From Massalongia carnosa (taxonomy: Eukaryota), in NCBI GenBank assembly GCA_965645245.1, contig OZ287069.1:1488001-1552000 (forward strand): DNA of 64,000 nt, in the 5' to 3' direction. The translations under genes were made by a program, and so were the position numbers. Below are positions 1 through 12,335 of the stretch, piece after piece. The notes under the pieces were generated by a model. That model worked only from the letters and a program-made list of their open reading frames with translations, searched no databases and was not told where the DNA came from. Position 1 is the stretch's first letter. Each line of letters starts with the position of its first letter.

Positions 1-1307
1 ACACATAGGATATCTTGCATCTGCTTTCTTGCTCTAAAATTGCATTTAAAAGCTGTTAGCATCTTGCGTGGTGGAGTTGATTATGAACTTCAAGCAGCAG
101 TTCTTCATTATTACCGTGGCCGAACCTATCACTTTAGCATGATCGATAATTTTTACAACGCTTTACCTTGTCGCTAGATTTTTCCCACTCGCTATGAACG
201 AAACCGTGCTCTTGAAACATAAGTTACTTCGATTATCTAGGATTCGAGAAACATAAGATAACTAGCTGTTTGGACAGCGCTGAACCAAAGTCGGTTTCTT
301 ATTGATTCAGCAATCTCCGCGAACAGCAGGTCCGTACCATAACTTTGTTTCCTTAAGACTACCATTAATAACGAAAAACTACATGGAAAGGGGGTTGCAG
401 AAACTTTATGTATCACAATGCCACTGATTATTCCTAATTGCCATGAAAGAACTATCAACTAATAGACATTGTCTTCAACTTATAGTGCGTTTTGGTCGTC
501 CATGACCATCAAAAGCCTTTTTTGTCTTGACTTTTATGAATCTATAGCCAAATCGTGGACGCTGCCTTTGGGCCATCGATAGCTTGTATCACTACATAAG
601 GGTCCTTTTATTTTGCCACGAATGTGATTTTGAGGCAAAATGCTAAAACGATCCATCGCTGCTTCATCTCCACCTGACCCGTCTGGATGCTATGTGTGTT
701 GATTTATCCACACTATCTCACACGACACAATATGTGCGAACTTGGCCCGCTTAGTGAACAAGATGTGAACTAAACTGTTGTTTTGATCCTCCGTCTGTTG
801 CCGCTGATTCGTTAGGTAGCCGATTTCTAGTGATTTGTATCGTTTTTTTTGCCTGCGTTCGCCTTTGCCACAAATTTTGTTTGGCTTGACTAAATTCTGT
901 ACTGCTTTTGATCATAGTGTATGTTCCCTTTGTCCTGATTCCTAACTCTTTGGGTGTTAATCATCCATGCATCATCTTCGCCTTCTTTTGCCTTTATAGA
1001 CGCCTGCATGCTTGATAGTATATAAGTATGGACCATGGCTCGAAATATCCCTTTCTCTATATACGACCCCATTCTCCCTCATACATACACTCAAATTGGA
1101 AATCATCTCATGAACGTCAATCCTCAATCTTATTGTATCAAGCTTACCTTCGGATCTCCGGCTACCCATTGATACGCTATCTGCTTTTTCGTTCTTCCCC
1201 GACTTGGCTGAGTCCTTGAAATCTAGTTGTTGAGTTCTAAGCTACAAAGAAATCAGTCGCTCATTCTCAACAAAGGCTTTCAACGCTGCTGAGCCATAAT
1301 CGACAAA

Positions 1308-2108
1308 ATGTGCAAGAACTTGGCAATCCATAACCTGTATTGCAGGCATAGAGAGATCAAGTGCATGGCTTTGTGCAACTGGCGCTGCATAAACCCCGGC
1401 TTCCTAATGCCAGTTTACTATTTTCACACTGGATGGTGCCCAGAATGTCAAGAGTCCCTTAATCGGCCCGAACCTTCTCCTATAGCTCTCTCACATTATG
1501 GAATCGAGACAAACCGAAGCATGCTATTAGTGTATGTGAAGAACTTGTGCAAGGACATGATCCAAGACGGACGATGGGGCTATTACTGTAGTTTGGTCTC
1601 GCGGTTCTCTATGACTTTGGATTGGGTGCTCCCCAGTCCGCCCCAAGACATGTGTGACGACGAGCCCGACTCCTCCGAGCTGACGACGACACAAAGAGCT
1701 CGTTCGCAAGGGGTTAAAGATGCCTTGATAACGTACATCGACAATAGCGACTTCCAATCGCAATCGGAGCCAACCGAGCCAGCCGCAGCCTCTCCACCCC
1801 GCGTCAACGGCCATCACCTGGCGCTAGCGCCGGCGCTGGCGCTGACTCCATCTCGCGCTAACAGCGCTACGGGCCCCCGCTTTACTAGTCCTTTAGCGAA
1901 TTTCGGTTATTCGACCGACGAGGAGGGCGAGGCCGACGATCCGGCGTACGAGCAGCCTCAGGAGCATCAGCAGGAGGAGGAGGATGAGAATGAAGACGTA
2001 CCTCTCATCATCAGATACATGGCGAATAGACTTGCTAGGGAGAACCGGCAGGTGGAGGAGGAGGATCATCCGCCCTTCAACAGAAACCTGTTGAATGGAA
2101 CCCACTAA
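1308..2108 (+). CDS. Hypothetical 266-aa protein, Cys/His-rich N-terminus and acidic disordered C-terminus
   Basis: Single open ORF (MCKNLAIHNLYCRH...WCPEC...WGYYCS); a diverged paralog at 35755-36231(-) supports it being a real gene family. Confidence 0.65.
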   Translation: MCKNLAIHNLYCRHREIKCMALCNWRCINPGFLMPVYYFHTGWCPECQESLNRPEPSPIALSHYGIETNRSMLLVYVKNLCKDMIQDGRWGYYCSLVSRFSMTLDWVLPSPPQDMCDDEPDSSELTTTQRARSQGVKDALITYIDNSDFQSQSEPTEPAAASPPRVNGHHLALAPALALTPSRANSATGPRFTSPLANFGYSTDEEGEADDPAYEQPQEHQQEEEDENEDVPLIIRYMANRLARENRQVEEEDHPPFNRNLLNGTH

Positions 2109-2779
2109 AGAGCGTTCTTGCAAGCGCCTAGGAAGCGTAAGAGCGAGAATCCCGGGGGGGAGGGGGGGAGAAGAGGGTTGAAATCGGGGTTTTCACTTGG
2201 GGGTGCGGGCTTTTTCCCTTTTTCTTCTTTCCTGTTTGGACTCTCGACCGTGCGAGTGCGTCAAATTTTCCCCTTGGGTTGTCAGGCGTACGGAAAACGT
2301 GAAACCCCATTCCCAACCCATCCAAACCCCTTTCAAGGTTTTTTATCTTTTTTTTTACTTTTCACATTTACACATCTGCACAACATACATTTAAGCAACA
2401 TTCATATATATTCTCGTTCTCGTTCTCATTTCTCCCCTTACTCATACATCTCTCACCAGAGCAGTTCCCCCTCAGGCGCCATCCATCTATCATGGCGGCT
2501 ATTTCGCATTCCCTTTGCGCTCTTTTAGTTTCATTCTCCGAAAAAGAAGGAAGGGGGAGATGTGATAGATCTTTCCGTTCACTTGTAGGTGTTGGTGGCC
2601 ATTGTTGTCTCTTCATTTCGTCCACGGACAATTACTTTCTCGCCCTTTCTTTTCTCCTTCGGAAGATAAAGTTGGGTGGGTTTCGGTGATGATTACAGCC
2701 GCGGCTAGTTATCTATCTAACCTCTCGGCCATTTCAGTCACTCAGCTAGCCATTTAGTGAGCTAGCAAGCCATAAATCC

Positions 2780-2845
2780 TCTCTCTATCTCTCTCTCTCC
2801 CTCCCTCTCTCTCCCTCCCTCTCTCTCCCTCTCTCTCTCTTTCTC
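2780..2845. repeat. (CT)n/CCCT pyrimidine microsatellite
   Basis: Visible ctctctct...ccct tract. Confidence 0.85.
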
Positions 2846-3706
2846 CGTAGCCTCGATTCTCCATCTATTCTCCTGGATTAGGAGTGCTTTCTTCCCTAAA
2901 GGATCACACTTTTACATTCTTTCTTTCCCTCCTCCTTTCTCTTGCGTCTTTCTTTTTTCTTAGGCTGCTCGCGTTGAGAACTTCCAAAGTATTCGATTGA
3001 TATGTGGAGGGGATTGTTAAATATAAATTTTATGATTGACAAGGATGATTCCTGTAGTGAGAACTAGGACTTGGGAGGAGAAATGAGGGAATCGATGATA
3101 TCTTGCGTGGAAAAGAGTGGTTTCGAGGGAATGGGGAAAGGAAGGAGGTGAATTTTGGAACAATCTGTGCTGTGGGAGTGGGTGAGGAGCAGGACGAGGA
3201 AAGGATTAGATTAGATTATGCAACTAAATGAGGCACTCTTCTTTTCTTCCTATTTTTGGGGTTCTTCGTTCTTGCTGGGACGGAAAGAGGAAACTTATGA
3301 ACGGACGGACGCTATTAGCCAGCCGTAGACTAATATTAGGTTTTTGTGAGGAAGATATGCATTTTCAACCACGCCAACGCTAAAATCGAGCAAAAACAAA
3401 AAACAAAAAAGCACAACGGAGGAATGCCGTAAAACATGGATCGTATTTCCTCTCTTTTTGGCGTTCGAAGCCGTTTATTAGAACTCCACCGAAATGACAA
3501 CTGGATCGAGTCTTAGAGTCTACCTTTCCAAACTCTGTGGACAGCCCCCATAATCACATCTTTCCCATCAGCCCTAAGACTTACGGAATCTTAGAATCTA
3601 CTCGAACTCCGAAACCGACCGTTATGACAACGCCATGAGTTTTTCTTGGAGTTAACTTGGTAGATAGAACAAAACGAGATTAGGACACGGTGGATATCGG
3701 CACACT

Positions 3707-4824
3707 TCATTCATCTTGGGTGTAGAGATTCTGCCCAAGGAGTTTATTCATGGTAAACATGTGGACTTTATCCTGCTTGAAGACTGCACGCATGGCGTCG
3801 TCGCAGCGGATCATACGTTTATCCTTAGGGTCTTGGAGGTTATGTTGACGGACGTAAGCCCATATTCGTTTGACGGTTTGGGGGCGAGAAAGCTGTGAGC
3901 AGCCGTCAGTAAATAATTGTATTAGCTAGGGAATGGACGGTGTAGGGATATCAGGAGGAAAAAGAGTATCAAGGAACCTACTTGAACTTCGTTGTCTAAG
4001 AGGGCTGAAAGCGGGGCTGAAAGCGTCATCGGTTTCTGGGCATGCATGAGTACCCGATCCAAGAAGTTAATAGAATTACATACATGAAAGCCACCGCTCC
4101 TATTCACTTTCTTTTCCACCGCCTCAGATCCCGAATCTAGGAGATCGCTATCGTCTTCAGCTTTCACTCTATCCGAGGTCTTTTTCTTGGGGCTCCTCCT
4201 CTTTTTCTTGATCGCCATACTCTTCCTAGTAGCACCTCCTCTGGTAGATCTTGCACGACTGTTCTCCTCCGCTTGCAGTTTCGCTGCATAGGCAGCGTCG
4301 GCATCAACGAAGTGCTCAGCTTTCCTCTTTTTGTTTGGTGAAGGAGAATTTGGTACGTCTGAAAGGTCGTCCTCATCGCTTGATCGTTTCTGACCTTGAT
4401 CTGAGAGTGGGGGAGAGATCTCATGCTTGGGTTTTGGCGATTCAGGCGATTCAGACGATTCGTCCTTGGCCGCGCTTATATGACCATTGGTCTGTGCGGG
4501 AGCGTTCTTTTCGGCGATGAACTTGTCAAATCTGGCCATAATTAAGGTCTTGATAGGGGCCTGAACGAAGTGTAAGTTGAGCGCAACCGCTACGGCATAT
4601 AGAAGAAATCCATACCTTTTGATCAGTAATGTCGTAATCCACCGCTGCTTGTAGCCCTTTCCGAATGCGCTTTTCAGATATGGTGTTGAGATCGCTGGCT
4701 GCCAGAATTGAATCTATGATAGTGATGAAGGATGCTTCGACTTCTGGAGTTACTATCGACAAAAGAGTCAGTCTTTTATTTAAGAACTGGGTATCATATT
4801 ATATCGGATATACTCACAAGACAT
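3707..4824 (-). CDS. DEK-C + SWIB/MDM2 domain protein (Tri1/Uaf30-like), multi-exon
   Basis: IIDSILAASDLNTISEKRIRKGLQ (DEK-C), SGGFH/KPMTLSAPLSALL and LSRPQTVKRIWAYVRQHNLQDPKDKRMIRCDD (SWIB); ATG-TCT-T|GTGAGT first exon; ends NLYTQDE*. Confidence 0.88.
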
Positions 4825-5516
4825 GCCGTGCTAAATGGTAAGCAAGGTAGCGAGTGAAGGATCTAAACGGTAGAGAGTAGCCAACTAGGGAGATGAATTA
4901 TTGCCGATTTCAATACCGGCGAAAACAGAATGCACAATGCAGAAGTGAATTGGGGTAAATAGTTCTCGTCTTATGCGCCTCGTTGAACCGAATTGAGCAG
5001 TATGATTGGCCCGGCGCAAGACTACGATTGAAAGAAACGTAAAGTCATGCAGCGCAACGCCGACAGTTATTTACTCTATGAGTATGCGAATACCTCAGCA
5101 AAGAGACTTGAGCACCTAGAAAGACAGACGGAGTCGGTGGCAATGATAGTCAACTCAAGCTGAGCATATAAGTGGTTATATTCAATACTTTTGAAAGAAG
5201 GTCCAGAGACGGTTAGGAGACATGGCACTCATCACATCGTTTGAGTGCAGAGTGCTCTGTAACTAGAAACCGAATCTGGTGGTAGAAGACCTCTCACTAA
5301 GCGGTTCATCCCGCACTTTTGATATCAAGTTTATCCGCTTCCGGTTTGAATAGGTAGAAGAACGAAAACCGGAAGATTGAAGGCCCGTTCACCCACAAAT
5401 TAGTCATACCGAAAGAAAGATAATTAACATAAAATACAGAATAACTGTTTTATGAAAAAACGCAGGATAAGGATGAACTTTTCTGTTCACTCTCATCGTC
5501 ACCGCCGTTCTCCATT

Positions 5517-7966
5517 ATGTCCCCAAGCTTCAACAGTTTAACGGAGGATGATGGGAATGACTCGGAGGAGGAGCTCGACCTAACAGGTCGGTTATCAGGG
5601 CCCGAGTGACAAACTCACCGGTTAACTTATAGCCTGCAGATCTTCAAGCTCAATACGAGGTCAGACTAGAGCAAGGTCTTGATGCATTCGTGGTGATCGA
5701 TGGCTTGCCTATTGTTCCAGAAGATAGCAAGCAGAAGTTGGTTAAATTCTTGCTAAAGAAGCTCAATACGGTGGGAAAAACGAAAGAAGATGCCATCTTC
5801 ATGCCCCTCGGGGACAACAAGATGTCTGAAGGGTAAGGTCGCAGCCAGTAGATTATTTAATGTCCGCTCACAATCAAAGCTATGCCTTTGTGGAATATGA
5901 AACGCCTGAACAGGCAATCTCAGCCACCAAAGCTCTCCATGGCACACCTCTCGATAAAAAGCATACCCTTGCGGTCAACAAACTCACCGATATCGATCGA
6001 TACGGGCGGGAAGGGCGTATCGATGATGAATACCACCCGCCCCATATTGAAAAATTCTTGGAAAAGGAGCATCTTCGCTGGTGGCTAGGTGACCCAAATG
6101 GCAGAGATCAGCTGGTGATGTATAAAGGGGATAGCGTAGGGGTGTATTGGAATAGAAAGAAAGAGCCTCCGGAGATTATTGTGGATCGGCCACATTGGAC
6201 GGAAATTTTTGTTCAGTGGTCGCCGATGGGCACCTACCTTGCAACCATGCACGCCAGAGGAGTTCAACTATGGGGTGGCCCTTCCTGGGCTAGGCAGACG
6301 CGATTTCCCCATCCTCTTTGCAACATGATAGATTTCTCTCCTGCGGAAAAATACCTCACAACCTGGTCGTTTAAGCCCATAGAAGTAGCAGAAGATGACC
6401 CAATCCTGTCACTGGAAGAGGACGGTAAAAACTATATCATCTGGGACGTTGTGACAGGCAAACCACTTCGTTCCTTTCAGACTCACGATGTTCCAGGGCC
6501 CAGTCTTGACGAAAATGACCAGCCAGTGAAGAAAAAGATTGCATGGCCTGCTTTCAAATGGTCTGCCGACGACAAGTATGTTGCGCGCATGCTTGAGGGG
6601 CAATCGATATCCGTGTACGAGCTTCCAAAAATGACATTGCTAGACAAGACAACCATCAAGATCGAGGGTGTCAAGGACTTTGAATGGGCGCCTGCTACTC
6701 CCCAGCGCGAAGGTATCAAGACTTATGAACAACTTTTATGCTACTGGACCCCTGAAATTGGTAGCAATCCCGCCAAAGTTGGATTGATGAGCATACCATC
6801 TAAAGAAATCGTCCGAGCTCGGAATCTTTTCAATGTCACCGATGCAAAGCTGCACTGGCAATCGCAAGCTGCCTATGTGTGCGTAAAAGTTGACCGACAT
6901 TCCAAATCGAAGAAATCGCTCGCAACAAACCTCGAAATTTTCCGAGTTCGAGAAAAGGGCGTGCCCGTTGAAGTTGTCGACTCCATCAAAGATACTGTCA
7001 TTAATTTCGCCTGGGAACCCAAAGGCGACAGGTTTGTACTGATCACCACAGCCGAAGTGGTCGTCACCACCGCCGTTCCTCCAAAAACATCTGTCTCGTT
7101 CTTCTGTCCCGAGAAAATCAAGGGTGCTGGAGTTGGTAATTTCAAGCATATCCGTACTATTGAAAAAAAGAATAGCAATGCCATATACTGGTCGCCTAAG
7201 GGCCGGTTCGTGGTTGTGGCCACCGTTCATTCCCAACAGAGTTTCGATTTGGATTTTTGGGATCTCGACTTCGAAGGCGAGCGAGCAGAAAGCGACAAAG
7301 ATCTCACAGCAAACTTGCAGCTAATGGCCACGGCGGACCACTACGGCGTCACGGATATAGACTGGGACCCTACCGGCCGGTACGTCGCAACCAGCGCGAG
7401 CATGTGGAAACATAGTGTACGTCCCCTTTGGTCGCTTTTCATTAAGTATTGATTCCAGCGCTTCACCCATGCTTCCCACTCGCTTTCTACCTCCAATAGA
7501 ACCCCCTTTCCCAAACCATTTAAACTTCCAAACGCTAATGCCCTGCCTACAGATGGAGAACGGCTACCACCTTTATGACTTCAAAGGCGAGCTCCTCCGG
7601 GAAGAGCATATCGAAAAGTTCAAGCAGCTCCTCTGGCGCCCCCGCCCCCCCACACTCCTCTCCCGCGATGAGCAAAAACTCATCCGCAAGAACCTGCGCG
7701 AGTACAGCAGAGACTTCGACGAACAAGATCGTATCGAGGAGGACAAGGAGAAGGGCGCGATCGTGGAGGAGCGGCGGCGCCTACTAAGTGAGTGGCGTGC
7801 GTGGCGCGAGAGGGAGGAGGAGCAGGTGTGGGCAGACCGCGAGGAGGCTGGGTTAGTAGGTGAGGGGGGGGCGGAAGCGGATGCGGAAGAGGATAAAGGC
7901 GAGGGAAGAGTTGTGGAGGAGATTGTGGAGGAGGTGCTGGACGAGGTGGAGGAGATCGTTTCATGA
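5517..7966 (+). CDS. PRT1: Translation initiation factor eIF3 subunit B
   Basis: RRM ([20 protein letters not shown]), eIF2A-type beta-propeller, [12 protein letters not shown] and [10 protein letters not shown] motifs; introns near 5588, 5833 and 7417. Confidence 0.96.
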
Positions 7967-8423
7967 GGTTGCTTGTTTCGTTAGGGGGATTCGTAGTATG
8001 CGAGGTAGCTGACTCTTGCTAGCACGTTTCCAACAATAATGGTGGCGTGGTTTTACGAGCTTTGTGGGAAACAACGGCCATGTATGGGAGATGCAATATG
8101 ATTATATATCCTATTCATCCATCCACCTCCTGAATCAAAAACCTGGTTTTCCAATGAGCAGCTTTACGCAAAACTTCTTCCATCCAAGACAAAAACAACT
8201 TGATAGCAAGTACGTTTTATCATCTTACGTCAGGGGAGAGAAACCATTTGCCTCATTTTGCTATTGTATTGCATTGAGCGCATCCAGCCAGCTTCCGCGA
8301 AAGCAAGCCTCAGGGGCGGATGAAAAGGCTTCAACACCTCAAAAAAACATGCACTCGCAAAATACGGATGCCCTAGGCTGCAAGGCTCAATATCGCTGAT
8401 AAAACACGCATCGAGATCAATAA

Positions 8424-9915
8424 TCACCAAGAGAGCACAAACTCCCTCTCCGCCTCCTCCCTCAGGAAATCGTCTAACTCGTTGCCTACCTCCCCCAGAT
8501 CCTCCTCGCGCTCCTCATCAAAGCATCCCGCGTCTTTGCACCGGACCCACATCTCGCTGCCGAGCTTTGGCACGCCGTAGCGTTCGATGTACAGCCCAGG
8601 CGCCAGCGTCGGATCTGGGATTTGAGCCTTAAGTGGGCGTTCTTTAGCGGTCAGAGCCGGCTTTCGGAGCGCGGCAGAGGCGATCCGGCCTTTAGAGTGG
8701 CCGAGCGTGGTTTTGGAAGTGGCAGACGAGGCGGCATGGCGCATGGGAGAGGGGTTGGTGGGCTGTGGAGTGCGTTTCGGCCGGGATAGTATGGAGGCGG
8801 GCTTGATGAAGGAGAGGGAGGTTTTGGGGGGTAGTTTTGGCTGGGAGTCAATGGTGGATCGTGTGGGCTGGGAGAGAACGGCAGCTGCGGACTTGGACAT
8901 TAGCGTCGATGGCCCTTTTGACAATGCGGGTTTTTTGACGATGGGCTGGGTTTGCGGTTTAGGAGTTGCGGATAGGGCGGCGAGGGTCTTTTGGTATTTT
9001 TCCTCGGCTGCTCGGCGATTCTCGATGTTAGCTGTGCACTCCATATCGATACATTCTGGATCATGCACACAGGGGAGCGTTGTGCTCTCGCAGTTTCTGA
9101 GCAGGGTAGCGTCGGCTATCTTCTCTGCAAGCTCTTGTTCTTTCAGACGTTTTTGTTCTTGTCGCTCGTAAAACGTAAGGCCATCGTCTCCAACTCGGGT
9201 CATGAAGTGCTGCATGTAGTTTCGGGTCAAGCCTCCGTTCTGAAATATGGAGAAATCCAGATCATGCGGCATGTCATCAGGATAATCGGGCATATCTGTC
9301 ATGTTAAGCTAGGGGAATCTACGGGGACCGCGCGATAGGTTACCTTTGGGCTTTGGTGGCATATACTCAATTTCCGGCACCTCCAGTTCATCCTTATCCC
9401 CCAATACCTTTAACTTGGTCATCTCTGCGTGAGATGCTTTGGGCTTTGCCTTCCGAGTAGATGCACTTGTCGTTGCTTCCTTGTTAACTTCATTTTCAAG
9501 GCCTGGTGGAGCCGGTGTCTGGAATACTTTGGTTTTCGCATTGGTGGTTTTCAAGCCCAAGGGTGCTCGGTTTCTGGGGCCTTGAAGAAAATCAATTTCA
9601 TTTCCGTTGAAAGGCCGAGAGAAATCTATACATACCTAATGGAGTGATAAATGCGTTTTTGTCCCCTAACCCTCCTTTCTTCCCCCCAGTCATGAGGTTC
9701 TCGTTACCCCTTCCATTAACCTTCAACGCCGTCTTTCCGGGCCCGAACCTCGAAGGCCCATTTTCATCATTCAAGGGGACCTTGAACGGCGACTTTGGGA
9801 CCTTATTACCGGGGGTTTTCGGCTGTAGCTGCTTGGATGATTGGTTGAGTGGTTTAGCTGCTGCTGCTGTTTGATGCCCGTGCACTAGATTTTCTTGATC
9901 TCGCGCGGCGAGCAT
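8424..9915 (-). CDS. Conserved fungal disordered protein with D-box-like RAPLG motif (possible APC/C substrate)
   Basis: Three exons: MLAARDQENLVH..., PRNRAPLGLKTTNAK, PEIEYMPPKPK, MRHAASSATSKTTLGHSKGR. Confidence 0.75.
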
Positions 9916-10216
9916 CGTGTGATACTATGGAGATAGTTGCCAATGCTGATCTAGATATGCATCACGATCTAGGGGTGTTGTTTCAGGTGCCTTGGGTTGA
10001 TGTTGAAGCAGAGTTTGCGCTGTTTACAACTTCGTGTTGTCCGGGTAATCATGACCCAATCCGGCATAAAGTATGTAGTCCGGTAGACGGATAAGCTTCC
10101 AACATAACTCACTCAAAATCATGCCTAACTTGTACAGCCGGTAAAGCTTTCACCACATCCAAACCCTTGGATTACCCCCCCTTCTATTCTCTACTCTTGT
10201 AAACCACCTCGGAATC

Positions 10217-10956
10217 ATGTCTCACCTGGATGCTATCAAGCAGGTTCGTTAGTCTCCGAAGCACCAGTCGTCTTCCTACCCTAGACAGATGCCCCGCTCT
10301 TTGAAGGCTCCTTCTAGGGCAGCTCTCGTCCTGAGCCATCGATGCCTACTTAGTGCATAGCTAACCTTAATTCTATATTAGAAAATGAATCTCCTCAAGG
10401 AGAAGGAGGAGGAAGCTCAAGCCAAGGTCGAGGAACTTCAAGCAAAGGTCAAAACCCTGGAGCAGGAAAATCTAGCAAAGGAGCAGGAGATTACATCACT
10501 ATCACACAAGAATCAACTGCTGGAAACCGAAGTTGAGAAGCTAGAGACGGGCATCAAAGAGGCCAAAGGAATAGCAGATGTGAGCGATCAGCAGGGTTCA
10601 CAGAATGAGGCCTTGCAGAGGAGATTACAGCTGCTGGAAGAGGAAGCAGAGCAGGCAGACATCAGTATAAGGGAAACTAATGAGAAGTATGTCTTAACCG
10701 ACCACGGCTCCTCTCGCCTGGTCCCCCCCCTCCCCTCAACCTCTTCCGCGACTCGCATAAGCCTATTCTTTACTGACCACATGGGGCTTCTAGATTACGT
10801 CAAACCGATGTGAAAGCTGGTCATTATGAGCGTAAAGTACAAGCTCTGGAGAGTTCTCGTGATCAATGGGAGGAGAAGTACGAAGAGATGGCTAAGAAGT
10901 ATGCAATCGTGAAGAAGGAGCTTGAAGATTTCCACCTTGAGATTGGTAACATGTAA
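10217..10956 (+). CDS. TPM1: Tropomyosin (Tpm1/Cdc8 family)
   Basis: KVKTLEQENLAKEQEITSLSHKNQLLE...RRLQLLEEEAE...LRQTDVKAGHYERKV coiled coil; two introns. Confidence 0.95.
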
Positions 10957-11207
10957 ATACCATTGCGCGGATCTTGCATGCGTTGTAGCAACGGGGCTCA
11001 GAGGCTCAGGGAGCAGGATTAGATGTGAGGATTCTTTGGCGTGGAAAGGGTACAATCTTTGACTCTACTTTTATTTCACATCACACCGCCCGATTGATTG
11101 TCCAAAAAATGAGCATATAATGGTTTTCGAATCAAGAACTTTACATATACCAGAGCATCAAAATGGGTATCGTTGTTGCATCGAGCACAGAAACCCGCAA
11201 AGTACAC

Positions 11208-12159
11208 TCACTCCTCCTTCCTAGCTTTAGCCTTGCTCTTATTCCCCGACCGTTCCTTGTACCTCGTCACCTTTCTCTCCGCCTTGCTCTCATACCTAAA
11301 CTTTTTCGTCTTCTTCTTCTTGGTCGTCGGCTTCAGCTTCTTGACTCCAGCCGGTCGCTCCTTGGTCCACTCCCGCTTTCCGTTCTCGCCTGCAGTACCA
11401 GTAGCAGCAGCAGCCGAAGCCCCCCTGCCCCTGATTGGAGAAGGCTTAACGAAGCCATCGTCACCATCATCATCACCATCCTCCCCCCTTCCTCCTCCCC
11501 CTCCTCTATTATCATCCTGAATAGCCCTGCTATGAAGTCCCTCGTGCGAAACGTCTACCGCCTCCACCGTAACAGTCGTGTAGCGATCCTCATCCACAAA
11601 CTCCTCCTCCCAATCCACATCCAGCGCTTCCGCAACCCTTTCCGCCCCCTCCCCCTCCTCCTCCTCCTCATCACCATCACCATCACCATCACCATCACCA
11701 TCACCATCACCATCACCATCGTCTCCGTCCATCGCCCCCCCCTCCGCCTCCCTCACCAGCGCATTCACAGCCTCAACATGCTTCTCCAGATCCGCCTTCC
11801 GTCCCTCCCGTAACTAAATCTCCCTCATCACCACCGTCATCATCAAACTCAACAACAACAAGAACAACAACACCAATCACACAACCCAAAAAAACCCCCC
11901 CACACACACATAGACATCAGAACACGGGGGCACCTACGATTTTCCTCGCTTCGATCCTCTCCCCGCGCTCCTTCCGCGCCGCCTCCTCCCGCGCGTGCTT
12001 GGCCCGCTGCAATTTCCGCTTGTGAAAGCCGGTGAGGTAGTCTTCGCGTGCGGACGGGTCGAAGGCTATTACCGCTTCGCTGGTGGTTGGCTTTCGCCGC
12101 TTTCTGGTTGCGGCGGCGAGGGGGAAATGGGGGGGTGGGGGTTTTCGTTTTCCGAGCAT
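11208..12159 (-). CDS. RRP17: rRNA-processing protein Rrp17/Nop25 family
   Basis: FDPSAREDYLTGFHKRKLQR, EEEFVDEDRYTTVTVE, KKFRYESKAERK; one intron; (GD)n tract encoded by a (CACCAT)n repeat. Confidence 0.92.
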
Positions 12160-12335
12160 TGTTTTGTGGGGGGAGGGGGAGGGGAGGTTTGCCTTGTACT
12201 CCGTATCCTATGGAAGTAACGATACGGAGTACTTTCGGTAGGAGTGTGGGAGATTATATAACTAGGTTGGAGGTCAAAAATCCGTGGCAGTTGAGGGAAA
12301 CTTTGGGAAACTGACTTCCTTAAAATTTATCTCTA

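Noticed and set aside
11163..11813. 216-aa plus-strand ORF with (IT)n
   Set aside because: Antisense shadow of RRP17 and its hexamer repeat
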